A DNA stretch of 64,000 nt from an uncultured Parachlamydiaceae bacterium (GCA_963752155.1 CAVVXH010000002.1:286420-350419); one strand, 5' to 3'. Counted from the stretch's first letter, positions 31,367-42,098 are shown. The notes: generated by a model from the letters alone, not told the origin. Numbers and translations: made by a program.

Positions 31367-34034
31367 GTTCAAATTTTCCATATTGATGAATGAGTTTTGC
31401 AATGATGCTTGTCCATCCAGATTGATGATTTGCTCCTAGACCAGCACCGTTATCTCCATTAAAATACTCGTGAAATAAGATATAATCACGCCAATGAGGA
31501 TCGTTCTGAAATTTTTCTATTGACCCATAGACCGGTCTGTGTCCTTTTTCGTCTTTAGTAAAAATTCCTATTAGACGATGAGTAATCTCGGTGGACACCT
31601 CCCAAAGATTCATCATTTTTCCAGAACCTGTCGGGCATTCGACCTCTAAATTATCATCAAAGTAGTAGTGAAACTTTTGCAGAGATTCAATGAGGAGATA
31701 ATTTAATGGGAACCAGATGGGCCCACGCCAATTAGAATTTCCTCCGAATAAAGGAGTGGTGGATTCGGCGGGCTCATAATCTAATCTGAATTCTTTGCCT
31801 CCTAGTAGGATACTGAAAGGATTTTTTTCTAAAAGCTTTGATATAGATCGAATGCCATGCGGGCTAAGGAATTGCTTTTCATCAAGAACTTTTGTGAGTA
31901 TTTTTGAAAGCTTTGTGTTGTTTGCAAAAGCTAGCAAGATTCGTTCTTCAGCGCCTAATTTAGTGAGGTCTGCGATATTGTGAAGCATTTTAGAACGGTT
32001 TTCAATAAACCATTGAAAACGATGCTTGAAATTTGGATAGTTGATGTTGGTGCTTGAATCCTGAGTTGTTACAGCAAATAATGGGATAATACCTATAAAG
32101 CTATCTTGATAGAGCCAAGTTGTTTTTTTATCGGGTGTCATCAAAATGCTATAGTAAAATCCTCTTTCAGGATCCCACAAACCTTCGGTTTCTGTCATGA
32201 CATTGTTGATGGCATCTGCAATGTAGATAAAATGTTCGAAAAATTTAGTGGCTATGTCTTCATATGCTGAATCTTTGGAAGCGAGTTCTAAAGCAATTTG
32301 AAAGCAATTGAGGCAATACATCCCCATCCAGCCTGTAGCATCGGGTTGTTCTAAAGCTCCTCCTGAAGGAGGAGTTAGGGAGCGATCAAAAGCTCCGATG
32401 TTGTCCAGCCCGAGGAATCCTCCTTCGAAAATGTTGCGTCCGGAACTATCTTTTTTGTTCACCCACCAAGTAAAATTTAATAGGAGCTTTTGAAAGATTT
32501 TTTCTAAAAAACTTCTGTCTTCACGTCCATACATCGATCTCTCGATCTGATAGACACGCATGGCAGCCCATGCTTGGACCGGAGGATTGGTATCTGAAAA
32601 ATTCCATTCATAAGCAGGAATTTGTCCATCAGGTGACATATACCATTCCTTTGTCAGCATAGAGAGTTGCTTTTTGGCGAATTCAGGATCGATCATTGCC
32701 AAAGAAACTGCATGAAATGCTAAATCCCATGCAGCAAACCAAGGATATTCCCATTTATCAGGCATTGAGAAGACATCATAAGCATCCAGATATGGCCATC
32801 GATGATTACGTCCTTCTTTGCGTTGATGTGGAGGGGTTGGTTGTGATGGATCCCCGTCTAGCCATTTCTTGATATTGTAGTGATAGCATTGTTTGTTCCA
32901 AAGAAGCCCTGCAAAGGCTTGACGTTGGATATTGCGCATATCTTCGGAAAGAGGGTAAGGAGTGATTTGTAAATAAAACTCATCGGCTTCGTCTTTTCGT
33001 TGAGAAAAAGTGGCATCAAAGGCCTTTCCAAATGGATTGGATATATTCTCATTATCGCATAAGCGTAATTTAATGATCTTTGTTTCAGCGGGCGCAAGTT
33101 TGAGTTGATAAATTGCAGAAGCTTTAGTTCCTTTATATTCTGGATTGACACAATTGTTTTGGTTGGAAACGATGTAATCATTGATTCCATCTTTGACATA
33201 AGGGGATTGATTAGTCGTGTTGAATAGCTTTTTATTATTGGTTTCATTTTCCGTAAATTGAATTGAATCAGGGTGGTCACAATATAGCCAATAATTTCCC
33301 AAAATTGCATGTTCAGCTTTAATGATTTGAAGATGGCTTTTAGAGTTTGTAAGGGAAAGCAAGGGTTTATAACTTTGTGAGTCCCATGACCAAGTATTTC
33401 TAAACCATAATGTAGGGAGAAGCGTTAGACTAGCTGTTGCCGCTCCTCTGTTAGCAACGGTTATTTGAATTAAAATATCTTTACAACCACTTTTAGCGTA
33501 TTCGATAAAAACATCAAAGTACTGATTTTCATTAAAAATCCCCGTGTCTAAAAGTTCATATTCTGGATCTAAGCGGGTTCTTTTCTTATTAGTTTCGATG
33601 AGATCTTCGTATGGAAATGCTTTTTGGACATATTTATAGAGATATTTCATGTAAGAATGTGTCGGAACATTATCTAAATAAAAGTAATATTCCTTGACAT
33701 CTTCTCCATGGTTTCCTTCATAACCAGTCAAACCGAACAGTCTTTCTTTTAAAAATGGGTCTTGACCATTCCATAAAGCCAAAGCGAAGCAAAGTTGTTG
33801 TTTTTCATCGGAAATGCCTGCAATCCCATCTTCTCCCCAGCGATAGGCTCTTGAGCGGGAGTGATCATGTGGTAGATATTCCCATGCTTTCCCATTTGCA
33901 CTATAGTCTTCTCTAACAGTGCCCCACTGTCTTTCACTTAAGTAGGGCCCCCAAAATTGCCATGAAGTCTTATATAAGCGCATTTCTGACAACCGTTGTC
34001 CTTCTGCGGTCGAATCAATCTTGTTGTCGTTCAT
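31356..34034 (-). CDS. GH63/MGH1-like glycoside hydrolase
   Basis: WGPYLSERQWGTVREDYS, MPDKWEYPWFAAWDLAFH, GNSNWRGPIW and FHEYFNGDNGAGLGANHQSGWT. Confidence 0.9.
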   Translation of the reverse strand: MNDNKIDSTAEGQRLSEMRLYKTSWQFWGPYLSERQWGTVREDYSANGKAWEYLPHDHSRSRAYRWGEDGIAGISDEKQQLCFALALWNGQDPFLKERLFGLTGYEGNHGEDVKEYYFYLDNVPTHSYMKYLYKYVQKAFPYEDLIETNKKRTRLDPEYELLDTGIFNENQYFDVFIEYAKSGCKDILIQITVANRGAATASLTLLPTLWFRNTWSWDSQSYKPLLSLTNSKSHLQIIKAEHAILGNYWLYCDHPDSIQFTENETNNKKLFNTTNQSPYVKDGINDYIVSNQNNCVNPEYKGTKASAIYQLKLAPAETKIIKLRLCDNENISNPFGKAFDATFSQRKDEADEFYLQITPYPLSEDMRNIQRQAFAGLLWNKQCYHYNIKKWLDGDPSQPTPPHQRKEGRNHRWPYLDAYDVFSMPDKWEYPWFAAWDLAFHAVSLAMIDPEFAKKQLSMLTKEWYMSPDGQIPAYEWNFSDTNPPVQAWAAMRVYQIERSMYGREDRSFLEKIFQKLLLNFTWWVNKKDSSGRNIFEGGFLGLDNIGAFDRSLTPPSGGALEQPDATGWMGMYCLNCFQIALELASKDSAYEDIATKFFEHFIYIADAINNVMTETEGLWDPERGFYYSILMTPDKKTTWLYQDSFIGIIPLFAVTTQDSSTNINYPNFKHRFQWFIENRSKMLHNIADLTKLGAEERILLAFANNTKLSKILTKVLDEKQFLSPHGIRSISKLLEKNPFSILLGGKEFRLDYEPAESTTPLFGGNSNWRGPIWFPLNYLLIESLQKFHYYFDDNLEVECPTGSGKMMNLWEVSTEITHRLIGIFTKDEKGHRPVYGSIEKFQNDPHWRDYILFHEYFNGDNGAGLGANHQSGWTSIIAKLIHQYGKFEHGK

Positions 34035-34039
34035 TTTTT

Positions 34040-34825
34040 TTATAATCCAGGGCTTTGATGCATCATTCCTCCATCCACAAAGACTGTTGTTGCGGTCATG
34101 TAGCTGGCTCCTTCTCCAGCCAAAAAAGCGACTACACGCGCAATTTCTTCCGGACTGGCCATTCGGCCTAATGGAATGGCTGCATCTAACTTTTGCATTA
34201 ATTCAGGATCATTCATGGTGGATAGATTTATTGGTGTAGCGACGGCTCCTGGAGCTACCCCTGTGACAAGAATATTATGGGGAGCTAACTCTAAAGCTGC
34301 TGTGCGAGTCAGCATGCGCATTCCCCCTTTTGACAAGCAGTAAGGAGTATTATTAGGCATAGGCCAATCTTCATGCACGGAAGTAATGTTGATAATGCGT
34401 CCTCCGCTTTTGCCGTCTTTGTTTTGTTTGATCATTTGTTTAGCAGCCAGTTGTGTCCCAAAAAAAGCACTTTTGAGATTAATGGTGAGCACTCTATCGT
34501 ATTGGGTTTCTGTCGTATTGAGGATTGAAGTGCGTGTTTCAACTCCTGCATTATTAACCATAATGTCTAGACGTCCAAATTTTTCGACTGTGGTGTCGAT
34601 AAGCCTTTGTAAGTCCGCGACTTTGCTGACATCGGCATCTACTCCGATGACTTCACACCCTAAAGTTGCAATTTTTTTTTCCAATGCTTCAGCTAAGTCC
34701 GGATTTACAACATAATCGATGACGACGTTGGCTCCTTGTTCTGCGAGTTCAAGAACAATACTCGCCCCTATGCCACTATTTCCTCCTGTGACGATTGCAA
34801 CTTTTCCTTTGAGGTTCGTATTCAT
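34040..34825 (-). CDS. SDR family oxidoreductase, glucose 1-dehydrogenase-like
   Basis: TGGNSGIG, NNAG, SVHE and YCLSK. Confidence 0.9.
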   Translation of the reverse strand: MNTNLKGKVAIVTGGNSGIGASIVLELAEQGANVVIDYVVNPDLAEALEKKIATLGCEVIGVDADVSKVADLQRLIDTTVEKFGRLDIMVNNAGVETRTSILNTTETQYDRVLTINLKSAFFGTQLAAKQMIKQNKDGKSGGRIINITSVHEDWPMPNNTPYCLSKGGMRMLTRTAALELAPHNILVTGVAPGAVATPINLSTMNDPELMQKLDAAIPLGRMASPEEIARVVAFLAGEGASYMTATTVFVDGGMMHQSPGL

Positions 34826-36477
34826 GAAAATAGAACCCAAGCAGATTTAAGTGTGACGAATACACCAATTGCCAAGGGGATCCCTACTGCCAACCATGCT
34901 AATACGAGGGCTAGAGTTGAGCTTTCCTCTGCAGTGTCCGTTTCTCTAACAACAGCGAACTCAGGGTGTTCATGGGCAAGTCTTCTTTCTTGATCCAATT
35001 GTTCTGGGCTCATGTGATACTTTTCATGAACAGGTCTAATTAACAAGTTGCAGATGAATCCTATGGCAAGTAGGCCTGCTAATATATATGTTGTAATAGA
35101 ATAGACATCCGCGTAAGGAACTCCATGGGCGAGTTGATATTCACGAATATAATTCACAATCGAAGGGCCAAAAATTCCTGCTGCAGACCATGCTGTGAGT
35201 ATTCTTCCATGGATTGCACCGACCATTTGAGTGCCAAAGATGTCCGATAGATAGGCAGGAATTGTTGCAAATCCTCCTCCATACATCGATAAGATGACAC
35301 AGAATGCTCCTACAAATAAGGCAATATGTCCACCGTTTGCTGATGAGGTGGCAGAGGAATATAAGAAACATCCCAAAGCAAAAAAGATAAAGTAGGTGGA
35401 TTTTCGGCCAATAAAATCTGAAAGTGAAGCCCAAAAGATTCGACCAATGATATTAAATAGGCTTAATAGGCCTGTAAATCCTGCAGCTATGCCTGCAATC
35501 ACACTTTTTTGAGCTGGAGAGAGCTGACTGAATGTTAGAGTATTTCCAATAAGTTTTCCGGCAAAGATTTCCTGAAGCATTGGTGAGGCCATTCCAATAA
35601 TTCCGATACCAGCTGTAACGTTAAGGCATAATACCCACCAAAGCAACCAGAATTGGGGTGTCTTTAACGCATCTTTTAGATGCACGTGTTGATTTGTAAT
35701 CATAGAGTGATTTTTTTCAACCGGAACCCATCCTTTTGGTTTATAGCCGATAGGGGCTATTCGATAGCCAAAAGCTCCTCCTAACATAAAAACTAAATAG
35801 ATTATTCCTAGAGTGATAAACGTTTGCCATACTCCTACAGATGTGGGTGTTGCAAAATGTTTCATCAGCCAGTCGGCTAATGGGGCTCCAATCATAGCAC
35901 CACCGCCAAAGCCCATGATTGCCAAACCTGTAGCCATTCCACGTTTATCAGGAAACCATTTAATTAGGGTCGATACAGGAGAAATGTAGGCTAAACCCAA
36001 ACCTATTCCTCCGATAACTCCGGAACCTAACCATAGCAACCAGACCTGATGCAAGTAAATGCCTAGCGCTGAAATAAAAAATCCTCCGGCCCAACAAAAT
36101 GCAGCGACAACTCCTGCTTTGCGAGGACCTTCCCTTTCTACCCATTGTCCTAAAATGGCTGTTGAACTTCCTAGAAAGACAAAAAATAAAGTAAACATCC
36201 ATCCCAAAGTACTGATTTTCCAATCACAAGTCGTATCGAATAGACTTTGGAAAAAGGACATATTGGGAGGGCATGGAATCGATTTTGTAATGCCAATGGC
36301 GTGAGAAAGTGGAAGCCAGAATACGCTAAATCCATAGGCCATTCCAATACATAAATGGATGGCTAGAGCGCAAGGAGGGATGAGCCATCGATTATAGTTA
36401 GGTCCTACTGTGGTTCTTTCTTTTGATAGCAATCCATATTTCGATTGCTCATCTTGAGGGGTTGAGGCTGTTGACAT
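34822..36477 (-). CDS. MFS transporter, oxalate/formate antiporter (OFA) family
   Basis: AIHLCIGMAYGFSVFW, KWFPDKRGMATG, YGGGFATIPAYL and IHGRILTAWS. Confidence 0.9.
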   Translation of the reverse strand: MSTASTPQDEQSKYGLLSKERTTVGPNYNRWLIPPCALAIHLCIGMAYGFSVFWLPLSHAIGITKSIPCPPNMSFFQSLFDTTCDWKISTLGWMFTLFFVFLGSSTAILGQWVEREGPRKAGVVAAFCWAGGFFISALGIYLHQVWLLWLGSGVIGGIGLGLAYISPVSTLIKWFPDKRGMATGLAIMGFGGGAMIGAPLADWLMKHFATPTSVGVWQTFITLGIIYLVFMLGGAFGYRIAPIGYKPKGWVPVEKNHSMITNQHVHLKDALKTPQFWLLWWVLCLNVTAGIGIIGMASPMLQEIFAGKLIGNTLTFSQLSPAQKSVIAGIAAGFTGLLSLFNIIGRIFWASLSDFIGRKSTYFIFFALGCFLYSSATSSANGGHIALFVGAFCVILSMYGGGFATIPAYLSDIFGTQMVGAIHGRILTAWSAAGIFGPSIVNYIREYQLAHGVPYADVYSITTYILAGLLAIGFICNLLIRPVHEKYHMSPEQLDQERRLAHEHPEFAVVRETDTAEESSTLALVLAWLAVGIPLAIGVFVTLKSAWVLFS

Positions 36478-36553
36478 ATTGTTACTTCTCCATTGAATTA
36501 AGATCGTGTACGAAGACGGATTCACCATAAAAAAAGTGAATCCGTTGTTTATT

Positions 36554-37726
36554 TTATTTCTTGACGCTATAAGAGTGGGCTCCGGCTCCAGCCAGATTTC
36601 CATCTTTTACGATCAAATATTCTTCGCGAATCGGTCTTCCTTCAAAGAAACATTCTAGGATCTCACGTGTACCGGCAGCATAGCGTGCTTGTGCAGAAAG
36701 TGAAGTTCCGGATGTATGAGGGGTCATTCCGTGATGAGGCATTGTGCGCCATGGATGATCTTTTGGAGGAGGTTGTGGAAACCAAACATCTCCAGCATAC
36801 CCAGCTAATTGGCCAGATTTTAGCGCGCGAACGATTGCATCGCGATCACAAATTTTTCCTCGTGCAGTATTGACGATGTAGGATCCCCGTTTCATTTTGC
36901 CGATCAGTTCATCGTTAAATAGATTTTCTGTTTCAGGGTGGAGAGGAGCATGGATAGAGAGAACGTCACATACTTTTATAAGAGATTCAACATCCGGGTG
37001 ATAAGTAAGATTGAGCTCTTTCTCTACCTTTTCTGGTAAGCGGTAGCGATCAGCGTAATGCAATTTCACATCGAAAGGTTTCATTCTTCTTAAAACAGCA
37101 GTACCTATGCGTCCTGCGCCGAAAACCCCTACGTTCATCCCTTCGATGTCATAGGATCTTTCTACGCAATCGGCGATATTCCATCCCCCATCAATCACCC
37201 ATTTATAAGAAGGAATATAGTTGCGGACAAGGGCCAACATTTGCATCACAGCATGTTCAGCTACGCTAATACTGTTACAATAACTGACTTCTGCCACTGT
37301 AAGTCCTTTATCACATGCAGCTTTTAAGTCAACATGGTCGGAGCCTATGCCTGCGGTGATGCTCATTTTTAAATTTTTAGCTTTTTTGATTCTATCTGCT
37401 GTTAAGTAAGCTGGCCAGAAAGGTTGTGAAATGATAATGTCTGCATCTACTAATTCTTTTTCTAGAACAGAATTAGGTCCATCTTTGTCTGAAGTTACGA
37501 CTAGAGTGTGTCCTTTGCTTTCAAGGAATTTGCGTAAACCAAGAGCTCCTGTAACAGAACCTAGCAATTCTCCTGGTTTAAAATCGATGTGTTCAGGAGT
37601 CGGTAGAGTGGAGCCGTCTGGATAGTGTTTTAAAACAGGGATATCATCACGAGCATAACGTTTGGGAAGCCCGTGAATAGGGTCATCATAAAGAACGAGA
37701 ACAATTTTGTATTTTTCTTTATTCAT
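36554..37726 (-). CDS. fdh: NAD-dependent formate dehydrogenase
   Basis: SQPFWPAY, GIGSDHVDL, NSISVAEH, GAGRIG, GDVWFPQP and PHTSGTSLSAQARYAAG. Confidence 0.96.
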   Translation of the reverse strand: MNKEKYKIVLVLYDDPIHGLPKRYARDDIPVLKHYPDGSTLPTPEHIDFKPGELLGSVTGALGLRKFLESKGHTLVVTSDKDGPNSVLEKELVDADIIISQPFWPAYLTADRIKKAKNLKMSITAGIGSDHVDLKAACDKGLTVAEVSYCNSISVAEHAVMQMLALVRNYIPSYKWVIDGGWNIADCVERSYDIEGMNVGVFGAGRIGTAVLRRMKPFDVKLHYADRYRLPEKVEKELNLTYHPDVESLIKVCDVLSIHAPLHPETENLFNDELIGKMKRGSYIVNTARGKICDRDAIVRALKSGQLAGYAGDVWFPQPPPKDHPWRTMPHHGMTPHTSGTSLSAQARYAAGTREILECFFEGRPIREEYLIVKDGNLAGAGAHSYSVKK

Positions 37727-37840
37727 AAGAATCCTCCAAGTTAGGATGTAAAAAAAAAATTTAAAATTTACAAATTTTGCAATTACTTTTATCCATACTG
37801 GATTTCAAATATTTATTGTAGCTTTTTTTTGGGGGATGGA

Positions 37841-37892
37841 AAGGACAGCAAGGACAGCAAGGACAACAAGGACAACAAGCAAGGACAGCAAC
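37841..37892. repeat. Tandem 9-bp AAGGACARC repeats
   Basis: aaggacagc aaggacagc aaggacaac aaggacaac aagc aaggacagc; same unit as the 6600-6688 palindrome. Confidence 0.85.
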
Positions 37893-37898
37893 AATGAC

Positions 37899-38996
37899 CT
37901 AATCAGCAACCCACACATGGATGATTCTATCATTAATAATTTCGCGGTAAATTGGATTTGCAATGTCGAGCTTGTCAAGCCGTACAAGGCCCAAGTCGCG
38001 TACATATTGTAGGTCGTCTTGTTGAATAGTGCCTGGATTTGTTTCCCCAGTAATAATCGCTTCGATGATTGGTCGAACGCGCGGTTCATGAAGTTTATCA
38101 ATAAGACTATCCAAATGTGTATCGCGCCTTTTAATGATCGCCTCTTTAGCAATATTGATCATTTCTTTAGTAATCGACTGATGAGGGTCATTATCATCTC
38201 GATAGCAAGCTTGGTAGGCCAAAGCATTGATTAACCATGGTTGTCCCGCTGTAAGCCAATAAGCATATTCAATTGCTTCAGGAGAGAAAATTTGTCCGGT
38301 ATCCTCAGTATGCTGTGTATAGAGAGCTTTTACTTCATTTAAGGTAAAATTAGTGAGGACTAGGGACTCTGCTTTAATATTAAAAGGACTGCTTGCAGAA
38401 ATATGCTGACTATCTTCCCTTGACCAGATTCGATAATCACGTACATCGCGCAGGCCAATAAAGCAGAGAGAATGGGGGAAGCGTTTTGGACGATTGGGAA
38501 AGCCTGCACGTATTTGACGTAAAACGGAGAGCAAAGTATCGCCAATTAAGGAATCAATTTCATCAAACAAAACAAGCGGCTTGGATGAATGTTGCGCTAA
38601 GAATTGTAATGTTTCATTTAAGGAGTTAAAATCTATAGGAACAGCACCTGAGGTTCTGTCTTTAAGAAATTCCACAAGAATATTTTCTTGAGGCAATTGA
38701 TTAGAAATTTCTTGCAAAAGGATTCTAAGAATGGCAAAGAGCCCTTTTTCGACATCTTCACGTACAGCTTGCACTGTTTCCAGATTGATGTACAAGGCAT
38801 TGTAGACTCCTCCTTTTATTAGGTCATGGCAAAATTCTATGATTTCAGTTGTTTTGCCACTTTGTCTTGGAGCATGTAGAACAAAATAGAGTCTGTCATC
38901 CACAAAGGACTGTAGATCTTTTCGATTTAGGCGATGAGGAATATAATAATTGTATTCAGGATTTATTGGACCAGCGATGCAGAATTTTTTCGTCAT
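37899..38996 (-). CDS. AAA-like ATPase, possibly shortened at the C-terminus
   Basis: LHAPRQSGKTT, DEIDSL, GLRDVRDY, SPFNIKAES, GQPWLINAL and IANPIYREI. Confidence 0.8.
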   Translation of the reverse strand: MTKKFCIAGPINPEYNYYIPHRLNRKDLQSFVDDRLYFVLHAPRQSGKTTEIIEFCHDLIKGGVYNALYINLETVQAVREDVEKGLFAILRILLQEISNQLPQENILVEFLKDRTSGAVPIDFNSLNETLQFLAQHSSKPLVLFDEIDSLIGDTLLSVLRQIRAGFPNRPKRFPHSLCFIGLRDVRDYRIWSREDSQHISASSPFNIKAESLVLTNFTLNEVKALYTQHTEDTGQIFSPEAIEYAYWLTAGQPWLINALAYQACYRDDNDPHQSITKEMINIAKEAIIKRRDTHLDSLIDKLHEPRVRPIIEAIITGETNPGTIQQDDLQYVRDLGLVRLDKLDIANPIYREIINDRIIHVWVAD

Positions 38997-39017
38997 AAAT
39001 ATCTAAGTCCTTAACTA

Positions 39018-39773
39018 TTAAAAAGGGTTCTCAATATCAATAAACGAGCATGGTAATGAGAATTTTTCCTTGATGTATACAGCTAGACTTTTAGGTCCAA
39101 TTTTTTCAGTATGAGAATGTCCAAGAGCAAGAAAATTAATTTTCTCTTCCAAAGCTTGATGCCAGGCAGGTTCATCGAAATTCCCTGTTATAAAGCAATC
39201 CACACCGGCTATTGCAGCTTCACTTAAATTTTTGTAGGCTCCGCCTGAAATTAAGGCCGCACTTTTAACAATGCTATTTCCCCCGGGGGCAAGATGGGCG
39301 ATATGGCCATAGTAGTGCTCTAATTTTTCCACAAAAGATGTGCGGTTTTGAGGTGGAAAGGTCCCCTTGACTCCGATAGCAATACCTTTAAAAAAGCCAA
39401 ACGGTTCGAGATTTTCCCACCCAAGATCAATGGCGGCTTTCCAATTGTTTCCGTGCACTTTGTGTGCATCTAAGGGGAGATGATAAGCAATTAGCGATAA
39501 CCCATTTTCAAGCAATAGAGTTATTTTCTGTCGTTTTACTCCGGTGATCACATAGCTATCTTGATTCCAAAATATCCCATGATGGACAATAAGGGCATCA
39601 GCTCCAGCTTTAATTGCAGCTTCTATTGTGGCGATATTAGCGCTCACTGCAGTGGCAACGGAGGATATATCTTTTTTACCTTCTATTTGCAACCCATTCG
39701 GGCATCCATCAGCATAAAGAGAGGGCTGTAGAAGTTCATTAAGATCAGAGCAAAGTTGTGGTAATGTAATCAT
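39018..39773 (-). CDS. Nif3-like dinuclear metal centre protein
   Basis: NGLQIEG, IVHHGIFW, YHLPLDAH and GHSHTE. Confidence 0.93.
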   Translation of the reverse strand: MITLPQLCSDLNELLQPSLYADGCPNGLQIEGKKDISSVATAVSANIATIEAAIKAGADALIVHHGIFWNQDSYVITGVKRQKITLLLENGLSLIAYHLPLDAHKVHGNNWKAAIDLGWENLEPFGFFKGIAIGVKGTFPPQNRTSFVEKLEHYYGHIAHLAPGGNSIVKSAALISGGAYKNLSEAAIAGVDCFITGNFDEPAWHQALEEKINFLALGHSHTEKIGPKSLAVYIKEKFSLPCSFIDIENPF

Positions 39774-39979
39774 TGAAACTCCGGTTAGTCTCATCCTATC
39801 ACGAAATAGCTCATTTTAAACAGCCTAAAAATAAAGAAGCACAGGGTGATGGCAGTTCGCAGCTGGTTAGTCTTTAACTTTTAGCAATATAATTAACTTT
39901 ACAATTTAATGAGAAATTTGCTAGATGTAAGGAATGGGAAATGAGTCCTTCCCATCTTTGAAACCTAAGGAGGTAGATC

Positions 39980-40105
39980 ATGATTAATATTACAAAATAT
40001 ATTTTATGCATGGGATTATTTCTGTTTGCAGTTCAAGCGGTCACAAGTTATATAAATGGCAATTTTGAATCTGAAGCGATTCATTTTGGACCAAGACCTA
40101 AATAG
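39980..40105 (+). CDS. Small 41-aa protein with a signal/TM-like N-terminus (not in the ORF track)
   Basis: AAGGAGG RBS before the ATG; MINITKYILCMGLFLFAVQAVTSYINGNFESEAIHFGPRPK. Confidence 0.6.
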   Translation: MINITKYILCMGLFLFAVQAVTSYINGNFESEAIHFGPRPK

Positions 40106-40171
40106 AAAATAAATTTTTGAAAAAACCAAGCTATAAGCTTGGTTTTTTTGATTGAAAGGGATAAAAAAACA

Positions 40172-41788
40172 ATGATTTCGGACAATGACACTGGCGTTAG
40201 AAGAACTACGGTTCTCGATTTAAGCGACTCTGAAGAGCAAGAACTACTGACAGGTGAAGGCAACACTCAATCGCTTCTTGGAGGAGACTTTTCTAAGGAC
40301 AAGATCGTCCGAGGTTTATTTTGCGGTGCAATGGCTGCACTTTGTGGAACGTCTATCTATTTTGCTGTTCAAGAAGTGAAGGATATTGAAAATCATAGGT
40401 GGAAGTACACTATTTGCATGTGGAGTGCAGGGGCCTCTTCAGCTCTCTTTTTCCATCCGATTATTTCACCGGAATTACGTGAACGCATTTATAGAATCAT
40501 GTCCGCTTGGGTCTATGAGTGCTTTTTTATTGGAACGCAACTTTATTTGAATTTCTTTTCTGAAGGCACCAAGCGAATTCTTCATGGAGGTTTCGTTTGC
40601 TCAGCGGGGTATTTTCAAGCAAGAGATTTAGCTATTCTTTTTTCCCTCCGTCGTTCAGATTATTTGCGAACTCTGAACTATACAAATGATGAAAAAAAAC
40701 TCATCCCTATGTATCCACCCAATACTAGAAATCGGGATTTCCCTAAAGTCTATGAGACAGGTCAGTTGTTGTTAGCGATCTCTACGACTGTACTATTTTT
40801 TCTTTTGCGAGACGGTCATACAGATTATTTACATCGTCATGGCGTTTATGGAAATTTTTCAGCTTTATATCTTGGATTTCGACTCGGAAGAATTTTCACA
40901 TATTTCGGTGATAATTTCAAGGAGGACTATGAGAACGAATTTCGACGATCAATAGAAACGACTGTAGAATTACCTGTTGGTTTAAAAGTAGGCCACATGG
41001 TAAAAACTGGATTCTCTTTGGCTTCCCCTCTGGCTACAGCTGTTCTTCTTCAAGGTTTAAGCAGACCGCACCAATACACAGTGATAGACAATCCTACAAA
41101 CGGGATTCCTGACTATCTTATTATGGTATTAGTAGGGGCTATTTTGGGTTCCAAGATGTTTCTGGAAAAAAGAGAAATGGAAAACCCTCGATCAAGCTTC
41201 CATATCACTCGCAGAATCATTCAAGAGCGAAGGGCTAGCACAGCGTCTATTTCCACAGCTGAAAAAGTTTGCAAGTTTACAAAGGATTATTTTCTTACGT
41301 TACTTTGCATTGCGGGATTAGATGCCTATATGACTGTGGTGGGCCTGAAGAGTGGTGAGATGCGAATTATTAATGCAATCATTATTCTCTTATTTACTTC
41401 AAATTTTTCCTTTTTCGCGGTGAATCATTTGGTAAAAAACTTTTCTCCTTTGATGAGTAGTGAATTATCTTCACTTTCGACAGTTGAGAAAATGTGGAAT
41501 AATCGAGTCACGAATGAACTGTATTTGCAATGCGTAAAGCCCACTTTTCTTATTACTTGCTATCAATATTTAACGACGAAATTTAATCTATTTGACAGTT
41601 ACATGGATAGTGCTCCTCCTCAATTATTAAATTTTTCATATGCCGGATGGGCATTTTGGGGAGGTGTGTGGGGGACTCTTCGAGCTCTCTATGTACAAGA
41701 GATGGAGCCTCATCCTTTTACATCAGATTTGGGGGCGATAGAAATGCTCAATACTGCTGTCGGTGGACTTATGTCACCTTCAGGCTAG
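40172..41788 (+). CDS. Hypothetical polytopic membrane protein
   Basis: Long ORF with many hydrophobic segments and an acidic N-terminal tail; no recognised motif. Confidence 0.7.
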   Translation: MISDNDTGVRRTTVLDLSDSEEQELLTGEGNTQSLLGGDFSKDKIVRGLFCGAMAALCGTSIYFAVQEVKDIENHRWKYTICMWSAGASSALFFHPIISPELRERIYRIMSAWVYECFFIGTQLYLNFFSEGTKRILHGGFVCSAGYFQARDLAILFSLRRSDYLRTLNYTNDEKKLIPMYPPNTRNRDFPKVYETGQLLLAISTTVLFFLLRDGHTDYLHRHGVYGNFSALYLGFRLGRIFTYFGDNFKEDYENEFRRSIETTVELPVGLKVGHMVKTGFSLASPLATAVLLQGLSRPHQYTVIDNPTNGIPDYLIMVLVGAILGSKMFLEKREMENPRSSFHITRRIIQERRASTASISTAEKVCKFTKDYFLTLLCIAGLDAYMTVVGLKSGEMRIINAIIILLFTSNFSFFAVNHLVKNFSPLMSSELSSLSTVEKMWNNRVTNELYLQCVKPTFLITCYQYLTTKFNLFDSYMDSAPPQLLNFSYAGWAFWGGVWGTLRALYVQEMEPHPFTSDLGAIEMLNTAVGGLMSPSG

Positions 41789-41922
41789 TTTTTTAATTTC
41801 ATCATTCCGATGTTGAGTGCCTCTTAATGGTCTAACCCGCTGTGTGAAATCGAAATAGCGAAGAAATTTGCAAATTGTAGATCATTCCGATCATGCTTTT
41901 GACTCAATTTTTTTTTAAGCCT

Positions 41923-42028
41923 TAGCCGTGGTTCCAGACCTGACATTCTGACATTTGCCCTTTTGAGAGGTCTTGTTTTCGTTTAAGCAAATATCAGAAT
42001 ATCAGGTCAGGCACCAATGGCAAGGCTA
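41923..42028. repeat. Nested palindrome family, copy F (single hairpin module)
   Basis: TAGCC-gtggttccagacctgacattctgacatttgc...gcaaatatcagaatatcaggtcaggcaccaatggcaa-GGCTA. Confidence 0.85.
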
Positions 42029-42098
42029 CTTTCAAGATCAGAAAACGTTATTAACATAATGACCTTGGTTCCATTAATAAACGTCTTCAGTTGATTAG

